Shown piece after piece: positions 1 through 13,380 of a stretch of DNA of 64,000 nucleotides (position 1 is the first letter of the stretch; every line of letters begins with the position of its first letter). The DNA is taken from NCBI GenBank assembly GCA_035084275.1, contig CM068744.1, positions 13,330,001-13,394,000 on the forward strand. Direction: 5' to 3'. This DNA comes from Hydrolagus colliei (taxonomy: Eukaryota). The notes under the pieces are model-generated. The model made no database searches and was not told where the DNA came from. It saw only the letters and a list, made by a program, of their open reading frames with translations. The translations under genes and the position numbers were made by a program.

Positions 1-410
1 ATTCCTAAAAAAAAATTTGCACTTTAATCCATGACTGTTTGTCACACACTATTGTGTGCAATTGGCTGCTGCGTTCCGCCCAAAGAATATAGAATTGTAT
101 ATATGTATATTCTGTGAAGTGCTTTGAAATATCTCAAAGACATGATACGACCCTATATTGAATGCAAGGATTATTATTATTAATTATTACAATCAAACAA
201 GTTTCCTTACTCCACACGCCTAATAATAATTCCTCAAAAAAAATTGTCATTTTCAATTCACGACTGTTTGTGGGACACTGCTGTGCACAATTGGCTGCCT
301 CATTTCACCCACATACAGTCAATTCACTTTACAGTATATTCTGTGAAGTGCTTTGAGATATCTAGAAGACATGAAAAGTGCTATGTCAAATTCAATAATT
401 ATTATTATTA
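1..410 (+). mobile_element. Two tandem 5'-truncated Deu SINE copies (1-190 and 198-410)
   Basis: Deu core and tail occur twice in the same orientation. Confidence 0.88.
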
Positions 411-1705
411 CAGAATTACAAATTGGTTGTTTGTGGGACATTGCCGTTTGGGCATCCTCCTGACATGACAGACACTATACAAATGTAATTTTGTCGTTGT
501 TGTATCAAATGCAAGGATGATGAGGATTATTTTTATTATAATATAATTATTATTATGATCTATATATTATAATATAATAATATAATAATTATTATTATAA
601 TCTCCTCCCCAAAAATTTCTGTATGAAGGCGTAGCACAATATAATTAGTGGCACCACTCTGAAGATTGTCTCCTCTATTCTAAACCAAAGGGGGAAGATA
701 ACTTCTATGAGAGGTTCATAATCACATCAACATGCCTGAAAGTTATCCTTAAGCACAATCCTTGCAGGGCTCAATCCATTGATTGTGTTACACTGACTAA
801 AAACAATGTATCAGGGTCAAAATTCCAGTTTGATAGGTTTAATTGAAGGAAAGTGAATGGCTGCAGAATCTTGATTATTCATAAAATGTTGAGGTATATT
901 AATGTCCACTCCTCAAGCCCGGCACATCACAAGCTAGGGTGTCTAAAACAGACTTGCAGTGTAATGGTTATCTGCCAAACTCCATACTCATTGAACAAAA
1001 ACCTGAAGTCTCTCTTTACATCCTAACAATGTTTGTAGTGTATCAAATCGTGCAGGCAGGATATCTATGAATTTGAGATAAACTTTGTTTCCCTCGGGCA
1101 TGTTGTTGATCAAGTGATTTTTTTAAGACCTTTTCTGAATGCTGAAGCTGCAACAAAATTACATCTTTAAGATTTTTCCTAACTCCCAGTTCAGTCAACC
1201 TCCCTCTTATTGTTAAGGGCATTGCAACTGATATCACCAAGCTACTGAATGAAGGTTACAGGCCTTTTGCTATCACTACTAGATGATGTGTAGGAGAATT
1301 CCTCCAACTGTGCAATATGTCATAGCCTTCAGTGTTTGAGTATAGGAAGAGATAAGTAAAAATTGGTCTGTAACTGAAACATTTCTATAATTGTAGGCAC
1401 GTGAATATATGGGTCAGTCTATGAAAGGTATCCATTTGTTATTTTAATTATTTTCCAAGACAACTTGCTGTATTTCAAGTTGTGGCAGATTTTACATAGA
1501 ATTACATACAACATTAGATATATTAGTGGGAAATCACATGGTCCTTTACAACTACAAACAACAACTTTTATTTATATAGCACTTAGGATTTCCCAAGGGA
1601 CTGAGCAGTAAAGGGTTTGCACTCAAGCTGGGAGTTGGAATCAAAAGGGGTGCAGGGCAAAGGAGTGTTCAAAAAAGGCACAGTCAACGAATAAGGTCTT
1701 GAGAT

Positions 1706-2515
1706 AACAACAACAACAACTTCGATTTATATAGCGCCCTCCACGCCGGACGGTGTCTCAGAGCGCTTCACAGTAGCGGATCCCGGGACCGAGCCAGGGG
1801 CAGGGGCAGGAAGGTGACCAAAAGCCCGGTCGAAGAGAAAGGTCATCAACTGTGACCTGAAACTGGGAAGAGAGGGGGCGAGGCGAAGCGAGTGAGGAAG
1901 GGAGTTCCAGAGCCTCGGGGCGTAGTGGCTAAAGGCACGTCCGCCGAGGGGTGGAGCGGAGGCCTCGGGGGACATGGAGGAGGCCAGACCCAGAGGAACG
2001 AAGGCAGCGGGTGCTGGGTTGTGGGGAGAGGAGATCAGAAAGATAGGGGGGTGCAGAGGAGTGGAGGGATTTGAAAACAAGGATGAGGATCTTGAAGTCA
2101 ATCCTCTCTGGGATAGGGAGCCAGTGAGGTCTGGCAAGGACTGGGGTAATTGGAGAGCGAAGCTTAGAGCGGGTGAGTATGCGGGCAGCAGAGTTTTGGA
2201 TAAGCTGGATTTTGTGGATTGTGGTGGAGGGGAGACCAGCGAGGAGGGCGTTGCAATAGTCCAGCCGAGAGGTGACAAAGGCGTGGACCAAGGTTTCGAC
2301 GGCTTTTAAGGTGAGGTATTGCCGGAGACAGGCGATCCGTCGGAGGTGGTAGAAGGCAGTGCTGGTGACGGACTGGATGTGGGGGAGGAAGGACAGCTGG
2401 GGGTCGAATCTGATGCCAAGGTTGCACACAGGTTCGGAGAGTTTTAGGGGCAGGCCGGGAAGGTGGAGGAGGTGAGAGTCGTGCGAATGGAGACGTTGAC
2501 GAGAGCCAAGGAGCC
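1706..2515 (-). mobile_element. 5'-truncated L2 LINE, family A (tail ..GGCGCTATATAAATCGAAG(TTG)n)
   Basis: ORF2 C-terminal motifs VHAFVTSRLDYCNALL, IQNSAARIL, HWLPI..RI.FK and GRAFS..APRLWNSLP, split by a frameshift; TTG-repeat tail. Confidence 0.93.
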
Positions 2516-4035
2516 TTGAAGGAGACAAAATTACACCATCAATCATATTTAACAAAATTCAACCCCATGCAGTGTAAACTGGAATGTAAAGTAAACAGAA
2601 TGTCTAAGCTCATGGAAAGTTGGAGTTCAAATCTTTCAAAGCTCTACTTGTAATATTCTAGAACTTGTAAAGCTCTATTGGAAATTATGATGACTGAAAG
2701 ATTAAAACTAGACTTCCTTGTTCATTTGTGAGTTTATTTAAATGCATTTCGAACCTATTGAGTGCAACAGGGTAGAATGGGTGAAAATGTTGCTTATAAA
2801 TCTGACATGTATTTCATATGAATAGCATTCCAGTTTCCAAAGAATGTACAGCTCAGAAACAGGTCACTTGGCCCAACCATTCCTTGTCAGTGTTTATACT
2901 CCATACCATTCTATTGACCTCTTCCTCATATTTTTTGATGGGCAGGCACATGTGGAAACTCTTCACCATGTTTAAGAGTAACCAAACCAAACTGAGAATT
3001 CAGTTTTCTCCATCATGTGAAGGTCTAACTTCCTCTTGAATCATCTGAACTAAATGATTTGGTTTAGATAAAAGCAGATACAATAAAGATTTGCTGTTGT
3101 GGGAAATGCAAAAAATGCAAAGATTTTTATTATTAAATTTACACTTATTGGTGAAGTAAGCATTGCTCTACTGAGGTTGGGGTTAAGTGTAATGTTAGGA
3201 CAAAGCCATACAGTTGACTGGAAGACATCTTGACCTGAGAGCTAGTGTGTAAATGTTGACATTGGAAATTCAAAAGTTGTATCCCTATCATGGCAAACAT
3301 AAGTACTGTAATCAAAAGTATAATTATGAAAAACTAAACAAACCTTCAAAATGATGCCCAAAAGTAAATTTAGTGGCATGAGTCTTGATGTCACTTTACG
3401 TATCTCCATTAAAATGAATTTCCTAAACCGTTGATTATTCATGTGAAGAGCAAACTGGTTTTAATCAATTCCTATGCCACCTGTCTTTTAATGTCATGTT
3501 GGCACTCAACCATGACACCTTTGTTTGCAGCATTGTTTTCCTGTGAAAACCATGAACTTCAGTACCACTGTTACCCTCCAGCAAAGCTTCCATCCCTCCC
3601 ATAAGAAATTTAAATTACTTAAACCCTGAAATCTTCCATGGAGTCTGATCTGATCCACCAATCTTTGCTTCAATGCTCTTTCTTGATGTCCTCCTAAGGT
3701 TGTTCAGTGTCAACATGCATCATCTCACTCTCACTCCCTCACTCTGAACCTCTTTTTTTCGCTTTCTTCAAACTTTCCCTCAGGTATCCTACTGGAGGGT
3801 ATAAAATGCAGTATGTGATTTGATAATTATTCACTGGGGATAATTATCACATGGATTCATACAATAGCTATTACTGACACTGTGACATTGCTGGACAAGT
3901 ATTTCTTTTATAGTTTTAACGGGATACATTACTGCATTACTGGTGTTAAAGTTTTCCATTGGTTCCATTTTGTAAATGAAGGAATTCCATGGAATGCAAG
4001 GGATCTGAGGAAATCAGACAATACAGTTCATGTGC

Positions 4036-4350
4036 AGTTCTGTAGCTCAGTGGTTAGAGCACTTGCCTTACAAGCGAGCAATCTGGATTTGATTACCGGC
4101 AGGGTGAAACCTTGGGCAAGTTTCCGTACTCTGCACACCTAATAATAATCCCTCAAAAAAATAATAAATAAATCATTTTCAATCCAGGACTGTTTATGGG
4201 ACACTGCTGTCACGTGACAGCAATTGGCTGTCACGTTTCGCCCACAAAATATACAGTCAATTCACTTTACAGTAAATTCTGTGAAGCACTTTGAGATGTC
4301 TACAAGATGTGAAAAGCTCTATATCAAATGCAAGGATTATTATTGTTATT
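4036..4350 (+). mobile_element. tRNA-headed Deu-domain SINE, short form, full length
   Basis: A box TAGCTCAGTGG, B-box-like motif, Deu-like core TGGGACACTGCTGT..AATTGGCTG, L2-like 3' end with (TTA)n. Confidence 0.9.
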
Positions 4351-5080
4351 AAGTTATTACATCATTCTAAGACACACAAAATTAGATACACTACTCAGCG
4401 CAGTTATACTAAAAGCAATATTCTTATATGTAGGAGATGCTTAGGACACAACTAGATTTGATGAGTAGTGTTGATGGATAGGTAATAGAGATTGTGCACA
4501 GTGTGAGTTCATTCAGTTGTAGGCATCTGAACTCCAGCATTCCAGCTGACTCAGCCAATATGGGACTGGAAGGAAGGGAAGAGGCTGGTCTCCATGGCCA
4601 GTGGATAAGGATCAGGTGCTTCACCTGGAACTCTTGCAGACCTTATCTTAACACTTTTGGAAAGGCCTGTACATGAAAGGGGTTAAAGTATTTACTCCTT
4701 CACTGATCAAAGATTGGGAATTGAGTGAAAAAGTGGCTGTGAATCTTGTACAGGAAAGACATGTTTACAAGCACCCATGATGGTAATGGGGTGCCGATGT
4801 CATACAGAAAATAATGGTGTCAGAATTTTCTACTTCAACATCAAGGGGTTACCCTTCCTTTGATGGTGAGAAGGAGGATTATCCAAGTAAGAAGACTTGT
4901 GTAGCAGAAGATGTGCAATAAAATTAGAAAAGGGCAGAGAGTGTAATGCTCAAAGGTTAAGAGTAGAATGTAAACTATGCTTAAAAGGTTCACACAAGGT
5001 TTCTCTTCCCTTACTGAGTGGTCTCAAAGATTGTGTTTTTGTTCCTTTGAGATTAACAGCACTGATAAGATTTTACTCAC

Positions 5081-5179
5081 CTGTTGAATAAGAACTACTG
5101 AACTCAGGGAGTATTTTTGTTCGCGGCTCACTATGTTTTTCTGTGGCTGTAACTTTCAAAGAATGGAGGGGTTTCAGGG
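5081..5179 (-). CDS. Putative exon G (LKPLHSLKVTATEKHSEPRTKILPEFSSSYST if phase 1-1; may instead be 3' UTR)
   Basis: tctttgtttAG acceptor and consensus CAG|GTGAGT donor; 99 nt; one open frame. Confidence 0.45.
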
Positions 5180-7572
5180 CTAAACAAAGAGTAATAGTCA
5201 TACTGTGCCTAGAGTGTCAGTAAAGTATCTTGACAGAGACATATCTGGTCGGAAGTGCTGCCAGTACTGCATGTTTTACAGAAGCAAATGAACCCAGAAA
5301 TTAGAAGATAGTTCACGCGGAATCACAATTTAAATGTACAGTAATTTCAATTGAATCCTCATTTAAAATACTTTCATTTCTGAATGTTTACTGTGACCGG
5401 GGTGGGGTGGGGGGAGGTGGGGAGTGGGGGGGGTCACCCTGCATAAATGATTACCCACTCCAATTCTGCCACAAATATGAAAGTAAAAATTTGTGGAAGC
5501 TTGTGGTCACATCTGATGTCAAAGGAAGCACATAATAACAAGAACAAAATTACAGTTATAAGATCGCCTTTCACATCGGGAGGACACCCCAATGCGCTGA
5601 ACAGTCAGGTCGGGAAACATAAGGACTGAAATTTCATCTAGTCTTAAGAACATTTTGTATTAAAATTCTTAACTTAGTTTTAAGTTGGAAGCCAGATTTC
5701 CTACCATCCTTAAAAATAACTAGTTCCAAAGAAGACTGAATTTAACTACTTTCCACAATTCTACCCAGTCTTCAATTTTGAGACACATTTGTCTCACAGG
5801 ACACGAGCACAGTGATAGGGAGTTTTATGTTTTAAAAAAAGATTAAAAGAAATTCATCAATAATTAAACTGCTATGAATATTTAGTTGTCTTAGACTAGA
5901 TCTGGAAATTTATAAACAACAGTTAGGCTACAGAAGAAATTAGGAGCTTTGTGCCAAGGACTAAACTGAACTTTTATTGCAGTTAAAATTATGGATACTG
6001 TAATGTTTTTAATTTCAACTGATGCCACTTCTGCCCTCCTGCATTTAGGCTCCTACTGTTTTCATTCATCCCCTTTCAGCTAGCAAGCCAGGACATTCCA
6101 GACACACATGTTTCCATGCCAACTTCCAATAGACATGCACCTAGCAGCTCAGAATAAAACTAACGGAACTGATCACTAGTGCAGTTGACAGATGTGAGTG
6201 ACGGGTAGTCCTGGCCACATACTTGCAATCTTTAGATAGTAAATTATTCATTTTACCTCATAAAATCTAGCTATTATTAATTTGGAAATTTAAGTGCAGA
6301 TTTGTTTCAAGAAAAAAATTCCCAAAGATTTTAGGCATTATGTGTAATAAATAGTAGTATCCAATGCTTTTCATGTGAAGATTATTCTTTGCCTTTTCCT
6401 CTTTAGCCCATTAAAGTAAAGAGGATGTCAGGTCACCATCCTGAGCACTGGACAAAGGGCTGCCTTTGTTGCAGACATTGTAAATTCTTCATCTGGAAGG
6501 AGATGGCAAATGGATGTCATCTTCATTGTATTTCATATTCCTGCTTTTGTGTCAAATTGGATATTTGTTAACAAGTGGCTCGAAGAACCATTAAAGTGCT
6601 TGAAACTAATCTGACTGTTGATGCAATATTAGTTCAGGAAACAAGACAATTTCTGTGCAGTTTGCTCTTGATTCAGCAATGGGAGATCATTTAACCAAGG
6701 GGATTTATTGCAGCCTTGAAATCCAATAGCAGCAGATAGAAACATTCAGACAGATGTTTTGAAGGTCACAGGCTAAAAGATCCTGACAAGGTAATCTGCA
6801 CAGGGGAAGCCTAAATACAATATTTATTTATTGTCACTGTCAATATCAGGAAATCTACTCAACTTAGAGGTTTCAAAGAGGGATCACTTACAGGTAGGAT
6901 CCACATTGCATTAGATTGTACTTTCTGAGCAATTGCCTTGCTCTGTAAACATATTGAAAAAATATGTTCATAACTAAATACATGCACAGATGTCTCCCTT
7001 ATGTGTATGTTTTATACTGTTGTTCTATCCACTTGACATACAACAAATACATAACTGACTACAAAGATGATACTGCAGATTAAAGAATCAGTGCATCTTT
7101 TGTGATGACAAGATGTTTTTAACTAAAATTTAATCTGTAGAGACTTAAAATTCAATTGCATTGTGTATCTTCCTTCAGTGCCGATGTCAGCAGTACTTCC
7201 TGTACACAGCGCTGGAACACAATACGCAGGAAGTGATATCAGCTGTGACCTGACCACCCGGTAGTCAGTCATTTTTTAGCTCAGCAAGTTGGCTAACCAT
7301 ATCCGGAGAATACCAATGGCCCCTTGCTCTAAGCACTCAGGCTAAATGCTAATGAGGCAATTTTCTACAGTTTGTTTGCGGCAACTTCTCTGATTCTCTT
7401 GAAACATCGTGAAAGTCAGGAGTGCTCTTTTGGTAATAGTTTCATGTTGTTTCATACAATTCTCTTTATTCAGCCCAGAGAAGGGGCTGAATAAAGAGAC
7501 TTTGTCCCTTTGACAGAGATTCATAGTGTATGGTTTAAGCATACTGCTTCATGCATTGATCCTATTAATGTG

Positions 7573-7980
7573 TCAGCCTGGCTCACCTGATCTCGCATTC
7601 ACCTCTGAGTCAAAAAGCGGTGGGATCAAGCCCCTTGGCAGAACTTAGAACCCATATCGTTTAAGCTGGCACTCCAATGCAGTGATAGGTTTCTGCTGTA
7701 TTGTCTAAGGTCCCATCCTTTGGATGAGATGTTGAGCCTAGATCCTGTCTGGATATTCAGGTGAATGTAAAAGAAGCCCTTGGTACCATTTGAAAAGAGA
7801 AGGGAGTTTCTCTCTGTGTCCATTCATACCACGGCTCTTTGCGGAACAATAGTGTGGGCAAATTGGCTGCCACATTTGCCTAAATATCACACTGTCCATG
7901 CACTTGGCAGAATATCTTTGTGAATCACTTTGAAACATTCCTGTGATGTGAAGGGTACTCTATGAAGTGGAAGCTTTTTT
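7573..7980 (+). mobile_element. Older SacSINE1-like DeuSINE
   Basis: GTCAGCCTGGCTCA..CCTCTGAGTCA head, GGATGAGATGTT..CAGGTGAATGTAAAAGA..CCC..GG core and AATTGGCTGCC; family name from recalled consensus. Confidence 0.75.
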
Positions 7981-9528
7981 TTATTAATTAAATGCTGTCC
8001 ATGTTAAGGTGTGACCAGCAGAACAGGTAGACATGGCAAATGCCAGTGGTGCCAAGAACCTTGTTTCCATGAGACCTATGATCTAAAATGGGTCAATTTA
8101 ATATCCTTAAAGTGTTAGATTCATTGAAGCATGTCAAGCATCTTTTGAATAACATTCTCTGCATTGAGAACCACCTGTATTGATCTCAGCTACTTTAATG
8201 AGCTGGAATGCAGGGAACCTCTTTTTAATGAAAAGTAAGGGAATTGTAATGGTGGGAAAATCCAATGGGTGAAGGTCCTGACCCAAATTGAAAGTTGACA
8301 TGAGTACTGAAATTAATTATTTAATCAACTGACTACCAATTCCCACTGTGCGAAACACAAAGTTAAATCAGGAGGGGGCTTTGAGGCTGAGCAACGTCAG
8401 ATTTCAAAAGCAAAAATCCAGTTACCGTCCATCACCTTCCAAGATTTCAACTTTTTAAGTGAGTTAACTCACCGAGTGCCAAAACAATGGATAAATGAAT
8501 GATCTTAAATGCATTTTAAATAAATGATTTTTGGTATGTATACACAACGGTAAATACAGGGTGAAAGAAAATATTGGTTGTCATGGAAAAATGAATTTAA
8601 GGATTTAGCAAAGTTATAAAATAGTACTTCAAATTTGACTTTATTCCACATGTGCCTTCTTTAAGAAATAGATCCAATATATCTGAAATAGAAATAAGTT
8701 TTTCCCAGTGTCCCAGGTACCAACTAGATAAAATAGGTCATTCACATACTTTATTGCTGTTTGTGGGACACTACTATGTGCAAATTGGCTGCCTCATTTG
8801 TCTATAAAATTCAAAGTCATTACAGAAAATCCTGTAAAGCACGTTGAGAGGTCCTCCCAAAGTGAAAGGTTCTGTATCAAACCTAAGGATTATTATCATT
8901 TATTATTAAACCTAAGAGAGAGTTGTTCAAGTAAGAATCCCTGAGAAAACTAATGTCCAATATGAGAAAGCAGCTCAATGCAATTCAATATAAGTTATAA
9001 GCACCAGCACCAGATGCAAAGGTAGCATCACTCTTTAATGTGGCAGATTCCCAAATGTACAGAAAATGATTAATTACACAGCATTTGTGCCTCCATAATA
9101 AACGCATCGGGTAACATTCTGGTTCTGTATCACAAAAGAAAGAAATTGTGGTAAAAACAGTCAAACAAGAAAACCGAAGCGTGAATCAATGTGTTGTTTG
9201 CATTGTTGGGAAGTGCATTGCACAGAAAGGAGTCCAGTTTGAAATTGTATGCTGTATGTTATATCGTAATATTCTAACACATAAAGGTGGAGAAAAAGTA
9301 TCATTGAGCGATAGCGAAAAAGGAGTGAATGATGAAATAAGGTTAGACTGGTATTCAGAAGCTTCTACCAAACAAACAGCTGAAGAAGCATAAACAGCTT
9401 GTCTGGCACAATCTAAATTTCTGCAACCAATTCATTTCCTAACTTAGTCAATTGGGCTTTATGTGAGGAAATACAATGTATAATGATGGCCAACTTTCTT
9501 TATCTGGAACTCCCCCTTGATGACTCAC

Positions 9529-9609
9529 TCATACTGCACCAGTTCTTGAGCAGGACTGTCAGGATCAAGTCCTTGTTTTTCTCCATGATTTAATTGTTCC
9601 AGGGGTACT
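9529..9609 (-). CDS. Putative exon F (STPGTIKSWRKTRT* in phase 0, or fully open VPLEQLNHGEKQGLDPDSPAQELVQY in phase 2)
   Basis: ctgcAG acceptor after a 76-nt intron and TGA|GTGAGT donor; 81 nt; reading frame is ambiguous. Confidence 0.45.
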
Positions 9610-9685
9610 CTGCAGTGTGCGTGAAACATGACTCCTGTGGTGTAGTTACTGTAAACCTATTGCATTCAAAGATATAAATTCTTAC

Positions 9686-9752
9686 TTGTCCAGACTGTGG
9701 CATGCTGGTGTACTGCATTTCGTAACCTTGGACATGTAGCAGGAGGCATCGC
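9686..9752 (-). CDS. Putative coding exon E (LRCLLLHVQGYEMQYTSMPQSGQ)
   Basis: gtcatAG acceptor and CAA|GTAAGA donor; 67 nt; phase 2-0 fits exon D. All three frames are open, so the frame is inferred from exon D. Confidence 0.5.
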
Positions 9753-9879
9753 CTATGACACGAATGACCACACATAACTATTGCTAGTGTGAAGCTCTAT
9801 GGATGCTTATAGTACAGAATATCTGCTTCAGTTGGCCCCTAATTAGAAAATTATGTAGCCAGCATTGACATCTATCACC

Positions 9880-10029
9880 TTGAAGACCTTTCTCTTCGAC
9901 CGAGCTTTTGGTCACCTTCCTGCCCCTGCCCCTGGCTCGGTCCCGGGATCCACTACTGTGAAGCGCTCTGAGACGCCGTCCGGCGTGGAGGGTGCTATAT
10001 AAATCGAAGTTGTTGTTGTTGTTGTTGTT
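9880..10029 (+). mobile_element. L2 family A 3' end
   Basis: Close match to the reverse complement of 1706-1860; (TTG)n tail. Confidence 0.9.
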
Positions 10030-10973
10030 AAAGAGCATCATATTCATCAATATCTCTTCGCAGAAAAACAGATGGATCAATTTATTTTTATTGTTCTGTC
10101 CCCTCTTATTCCATTTACATTCATATATAACAACAACAACAACTTCAATTTATATAGCGCCCTACACGCTGGACGGCATCTCATATAGAGCCCTCACAGG
10201 ATGAGGATGTCTGAAACTTTCAAGGTAGAGCATAATGACCTCCTGTACCTGAACTATTATTGTATTTGTGTGAACCTAGCTGGCAAATGCTGGTAATATT
10301 CAACAGTATAGGTAAAGACTGTATAGTTGCAACTCTCAAAGTATATATGTTTTACAAATTTTACAGAAAATTAATGGGGCAATTTTACAAACGATATTTA
10401 CAATGAGAGGTACAGTAATTTTGGTTTGAAGGATTCTGATCACTTATCATTCATCTTACTTTACATTTTGTTGCATGGATCTATTTTCCACAGTCCTGGT
10501 TCCAATCAGTCTGAGTACATGGAGAGCGCTGGCTGTTTGATTTTAAATTTAGGGCCTTGACCTGACATTAACAAGCATTGTTGGACAGGGAATACTGCAG
10601 CTTTTTAACCAGGGAATGTTCTGCACTCGTTGACATAAAAACTGACATATAACATTATTAGTTTTAACATGTTTTATTAACAGCAAAGAATCTTAAGGTA
10701 ACAGTTTGACCTAAACACATTTGAGACAGATACTACACTTGGACATGGCATATGTCGTCTGCAAGCTCAAAGAAGCCTTTCATTCTAGTGTTAGGTGATT
10801 TAACCAGGGAAATAAGGTCACGTATATACAGTATATGCTTTTTGGTACACATAGGCAAGAGGAAATGCAACTTGTAAGCCATCAGTACTTCCCTCTTAGG
10901 GAATCCTTATTCTGATCCCAGCTTTGACTGCCATCTCAGTGTTCCATGTATCTTCAAAGTTACGCTGACTCAC

Positions 10974-11140
10974 AACTCAGCCACCAGGTGGCAATCGTGA
11001 TGATACTGGAGCACACCATTGTGGATTGAGTGAAACTCAGGAATGACATCCATCATTGTCCAGAAAGCTTCATTTCCTGCCAACTGATGGAGAGCAATAC
11101 TAAGAGCCCCATGGAGACATCTGTGGCCCATCCATCTCAG
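10974..11140 (-). CDS. Putative coding exon D (LRWMGHRCLHGALSIALHQLAGNEAFWTMMDVIPEFHSIHNGVLQYHHDCHLVAE)
   Basis: Long pyrimidine-rich acceptor ending ctttcAG and GTT|GTGAGT donor; 167 nt; only one frame is open (phase 0-2); lies within ORF 10970..11170. Confidence 0.6.
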
Positions 11141-12745
11141 CTGAAAGTTGACAGCATAGAAATAAGACAAAAATCAAAAGGGTATTAGGGTTAGGGATGA
11201 AATTGCTGAGGAGGAAGGAACATGGAGAAATATTTTTTTATTCCATAAAACCAGTTAACCAGTTTAGTTTGGTGTTGAAATAGTGAAGTTAGCATTCAAT
11301 AGGGTGGACGTAGAGTTCCATTGGGTGGGTGTTGATAGGTTGTTTCCACATATTAATGAGTCCATAACTAGAGGATAAAAATATAAAGCAGCCATTAGAA
11401 AAGTGAGTTTCTAAAAGGAAACTTCTTATAGCCTTTTAGACTTAAGTTCAGGAGGAATTCGCTACCAGAGGCTGCGGTTGAAGCAAAAATCATCAATGCA
11501 TTCAAAAGGTGATGTGATACATACACAAGGGAGAAAGGATAAGATGAGCAAAGGATAGACTGGTTGAATCGAGTGATCTAGTTCCATGCTATTTCTTTTT
11601 AAATTTAATTCTGTGTAATTAAAGTTTGTAAGTAAAATAAGGAAAGGTTGGAAGTGCACAGGAAGCCAAAGTTCACCTATGAGCAGATAGGTTGACGTCT
11701 CAGGAATGCCTGAGCCTTCATCGGAACTCAGTTTCCTATAGTGTGTATTAGGTTTCTTGGAATGAACATAATGCACCAGTTAATATAGAGAGAGGTAAAC
11801 CAGTACTCTTCACTCTAGCTCTCCTAATCCTTCCAAAATCTTCATGTCTATGGCATGTTCCTCCTGAGTGTGTGTTCATAATCCTTTGATACTGCGGAGT
11901 GCAGGGTTAGGTGACTTCCAGACCCGGGTATTTGTAAAACATTCCTGCAAACCTTTGGTGGGGGCAGGGAATTGTTTTCTGTCTCCTCATGTTCTTATAC
12001 GAAAATGTCCATTTCAATTAAACAAAGTCCTGTTGATATTATTTGTATTTCTCACATTACAGTTAAAACACTCAATTTATTGTGCACCATTCTAAAGGCT
12101 TTCTGAAAACTTGATGCACATAAAGCCCCTGAACTTAAGTTTCTGCTGACCTTTTCCCAGGTCAGAAATACCAGGTTAAGTTCTTATCTCCTCTGTAGAG
12201 ATAGTATCCCTTTCCAGAGAGACTACACCTATTATATTTTGGAACAACACAGCCCGGCATTCTTGTTAACATACCACAGGCGACAGAAATTCACACAGCT
12301 TTTCACTCAAGAAACAAAACAAATGTTTTGAGGTATATTCAATCTGTATTTGAGGAACAGGGATGCTAAGTAACAAATAGTAAAATTCTTCAATGTCGCA
12401 TCCTTTTCAAAAATAGATTGAGAAAGTGGATCTACAAGTCAAGGTGTACCACCATGTTCGAGTTCAGCTTATGGAATTTCTGGCTTCGGATAGAACTCAG
12501 AAGGGGGTAGGAAATTGAAATGATTCCAGTATCTAACAGAGACTTAAACAAATTGAGAAACTGCACAACTGGTATTGATACTCTAGCTACTCCAGTTCTT
12601 GGGACATTTATATGCAAAATGATGGGGTCTATTCTGCAAGATTTATTAACAGGGTTCTGTTGACCTGCAAGAACTCAGCTCCCATACATTACATTAATGT
12701 TAATGTGGATCCAATTGAATCCCATTATAAAGCGCTTTAGATTGT

Positions 12746-13039
12746 GGAGTCTGGTAGCACAGTGGTTAGAGCACTCGCCTTACAAGCAAGAGACCTTGGT
12801 TTGATTCCCAGCAGGATGAAACCTCGGGCACGTTTCCTTACTCCACACACCTGATAATAGTCCCTCAAAAAAAAATTGGTAATTTCAATCCACGGCTGTT
12901 CGTGGGACACTGCTATGTGCAATTAGCTGCCATGTTTCATCCACAGTCAATTCACTTTACAGTATATTCAGTGAAGGGTGTTGAGATGTCTAGAAGATGT
13001 GAAAAGCGCTATATCTATTGCAAGGATTATTATTATTAT
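12746..13039 (+). mobile_element. tRNA-headed Deu SINE, short form
   Basis: Collinear with 4036-4350. Confidence 0.92.
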
Positions 13040-13193
13040 CTATCTGTTCTGCCCCTTCAAAGATTTACTTATATGCACCTCCAGCTCTCCCTGCTCATTC
13101 ATCTGCTTTAAGGTTGCATTATCTAGTTTACATTGCCTCGCCTTATGCCTCACTTCGCATTTCTCCACATTAAAGTTCATCTGCCATGTGTCA

Positions 13194-13380
13194 ACAACAA
13201 CAACTTGCACTTATATAGCGCCCTCCACCTCAGAGCGCTTAACAGTGGCAGAGCCTGACTCTGAGCTGGAGGAAGGGGAGAAGTGGCCGTATGCATGGTC
13301 GAAGAGGAAAATTTTCAGGTGGGACTTGAAAGAGTAGAGAGCGAGGCAAGGCGGAGGGATCGAGGGAGAGTGTTCCAAAG
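13194..13380 (-). mobile_element. L2 3' end
   Basis: (CAA)n tail followed by sequence homologous to 1720-1910. Confidence 0.8.

Noticed and set aside
162-468. Recurring short ORFs such as [16 protein letters not shown] as a protein family
   Set aside because: They are translations of the non-coding Deu SINE core.
1043-1168. Terminal exon beginning at 1147 on the minus strand
   Set aside because: The acceptor looks like an L2 tail remnant (ATGTAATTTTGTTG) and the frame cannot be fixed; insufficient support.
5398-5433. G-quadruplex-like G-run (also a C-rich tract at about 50105-50210)
   Set aside because: Low-complexity tracts are common in such DNA and there is no functional context.
10974-11140. 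Selenoprotein reading (two in-frame TGA codons in an alternative frame)
   Set aside because: A fully open frame exists, and I see no SECIS element or selenoprotein homology.
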